From positions 27,621 through 91,620 of the IMG/VR virus record IMGVR_UViG_3300047554_000303: a DNA stretch of 64,000 nt; one strand, given 5' to 3'. Every line of letters begins with the position of its first letter. Position 1 is the stretch's first letter. Shown here one piece after another: positions 62,564-64,000 of the stretch. Below the pieces are notes generated by a model. The model saw nothing but the letters and a program-made list of their open reading frames with translations, did no database searches and was not told the DNA's origin. The position numbers and the translations under genes are program-made. This DNA comes from a virus.

Positions 62564-62751
62564 TAGTCAGCCTTCTTGTAGCGAATCTTGGCGGATGGCT
62601 TACGCACAATCCCGCCTTTCTTAGACTTAATCTTTGCACCACCAGCACGGTACTTGGTGCTATCTAGGCTGGTCTCCACGTTGGCAGAGGGGTTCTTTCC
62701 CACTCGGGATGCGACACGGGCTTTGCGAATCTTCTTGCGTTCTTCAGCCAT
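62563..62751 (-). CDS. Small basic protein
   Basis: K/R-rich; coupled. Confidence 0.6.
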   Translation of the reverse strand: MAEERKKIRKARVASRVGKNPSANVETSLDSTKYRAGGAKIKSKKGGIVRKPSAKIRYKKAD

Positions 62752-63323
62752 TAGTCCTCCAACAGCTCTCTTAAGTCAGGGCGAGAAGGAGTTGCATACT
62801 TTGCAAACTGCTCGTCGTTGACTAGCTCTTCTGCGTTGACTTCATTACAGTCAATCGTTACTACTGCCCAACGGAAGCTAAAAGCACCACGGGGGTTAAC
62901 GCGGGTAGGAGTGAACACCTGACCACGGTAAAGAATACGGTCTTTAATGTGCTGGTTTGGCTCATTACGAAGTATCTCAGGCAAACGGTTCTTAACTTCA
63001 CCTGCGCTGATAACTAGGCGCAAAGTATCCGAAGTATAGAAACCGCGCTCGTTCATCTGGTTTCCACCACGTACAATCTGTGCAGAAATAGTAGGCATCT
63101 TAAACGGGGCCATCCAGCGACGGCCACCACCTTCAACGGAACTTGACACGTCATAGATGTCGTCTACTACGTTGTTGGCAGGGTCTTCTAAGTACCAGTC
63201 CTGCCAGCGGAACCAGTCCACGTCAATACCGACTTTGCCACCTAGCTCCTCGGCCATGGCTTCATACATGGATATGGCTTCATAATCCATGTCGAATCTG
63301 CCGATGATTTTACTGCCGCGCAT
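62751..63323 (-). CDS. Head-tail adaptor/head closure-like protein
   Basis: Position in the neck region; DRILYRGQVF. Confidence 0.55.
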   Translation of the reverse strand: MRGSKIIGRFDMDYEAISMYEAMAEELGGKVGIDVDWFRWQDWYLEDPANNVVDDIYDVSSSVEGGGRRWMAPFKMPTISAQIVRGGNQMNERGFYTSDTLRLVISAGEVKNRLPEILRNEPNQHIKDRILYRGQVFTPTRVNPRGAFSFRWAVVTIDCNEVNAEELVNDEQFAKYATPSRPDLRELLED

Positions 63324-63374
63324 GATGGCCTTTCTTACTAAATAAGTGTGCCCTATTTGATTTAAAAAATCAGG

Positions 63375-64000
63375 TTAGAAGCTGGACTTAACCCAGCTAG
63401 TGCCGTTGTAGACGTGCAGCGCTCCCTTATTCCAAGCAGTGCCATCGTAAGCATAAACCTCTTTAGGAGACCAAGTAGAGCCGTCAAAAACACTGACTTG
63501 GCCTGTAAGGTCAGGCTGGACTGAGCCGCTAAACGCTTGAGATACGCTGCCTTGTGCGTTGGTGGCAGTGATAGTAAAGGAGTAAGCAGTTCCGACAGAG
63601 CCTGTAGGAGTACCAGTTACAGCGCCTGTTGATGAGTTCAGCGACAAGCCTGCTGGCAAAGAACCTGACGTTACAGAGTAGTTAGGGCTGTTAGTAGCTG
63701 AGACCCCATCTGAGAAAGCCACTCCGTTAATGACAGTGCCAAGAGTGTTGTCAGTCCAGTTAGGAACTAGAACAATGCTCCCGCTAAATGACGCTGTAAT
63801 AGACCCTGAGCTATTAGACGCTTGAATAGTAAAGCTGTATGAGCCACTGCCGCTTGGAGTACCAGTAACTGCACCCGTAGACGAGTTAAGGGAGATACCT
63901 GCAGGCAGAGACCCTGCGCTAATGGTGTAGGTAGGGCTGTTAGTAGCGCTTACTGCGTCTGAGTACCCTCTTCCCTGCAAGAAACTGCCGAGAGTTTGGT
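63375..64000 (-). CDS. Ig-like (He_PIG) repeat virion protein, 5'-partial
   Basis: Repeated GSLPAG.SLNSSTGAVTGTP...YSFTI.A.N. Confidence 0.8.
   Translation of the reverse strand, partial: QTLGSFLQGRGYSDAVSATNSPTYTISAGSLPAGISLNSSTGAVTGTPSGSGSYSFTIQASNSSGSITASFSGSIVLVPNWTDNTLGTVINGVAFSDGVSATNSPNYSVTSGSLPAGLSLNSSTGAVTGTPTGSVGTAYSFTITATNAQGSVSQAFSGSVQPDLTGQVSVFDGSTWSPKEVYAYDGTAWNKGALHVYNGTSWVKSSF

Noticed and set aside
1-64000. Stop-codon reassignment, integrase, or reverse transcriptase/DGR
   Set aside because: Genes are intact in the standard code with all three stops used; no suppressor tRNA, integrase or RT motifs were seen in this window

Overview
The window is a fragment of a large contractile-tailed (myovirus-type) phage genome. 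Two WhiB genes, NrdH and leaderless promoters point to an actinobacterial host; a freshwater Microbacteriaceae-type host is my inference only. Layout: (i) 1-9173, minus strand: a lectin-domain surface protein, NlpC/P60, Hsp20, two tRNAs, a dense cluster of unannotated structured RNAs and small basic proteins sharing a short motif; (ii) about 9250-20109, plus strand: an early/host-takeover operon with a hairpin-rich leader, many small acidic ORFs, a MoxR AAA+/VWA pair and WhiB, whose first ~3.3 kb lacks most 4-bp palindromes; (iii) 20174-45325, minus strand: a nucleotidyltransferase-HAD-TGT-like operon, probable virion proteins, SpoVS, and recombination and replication genes with an origin inside the initiator gene; (iv) 45337-64000, minus strand: baseplate, tape measure, tube, sheath, neck and small basic proteins. 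Best candidates for new biology: a D-armless tRNA-Ala/tmRNA-like mini-RNA whose loop is complementary to the phage's own early ribosome-binding sites (with neighbouring structured RNAs), the NTase-HAD-TGT-like operon, the restriction-site desert at the probable first-injected end, a shared LNxxQF motif in adjacent small proteins, and ERIIKLLE...IKGEQK gene cassettes. All calls were made by eye from motifs; no database search was run.
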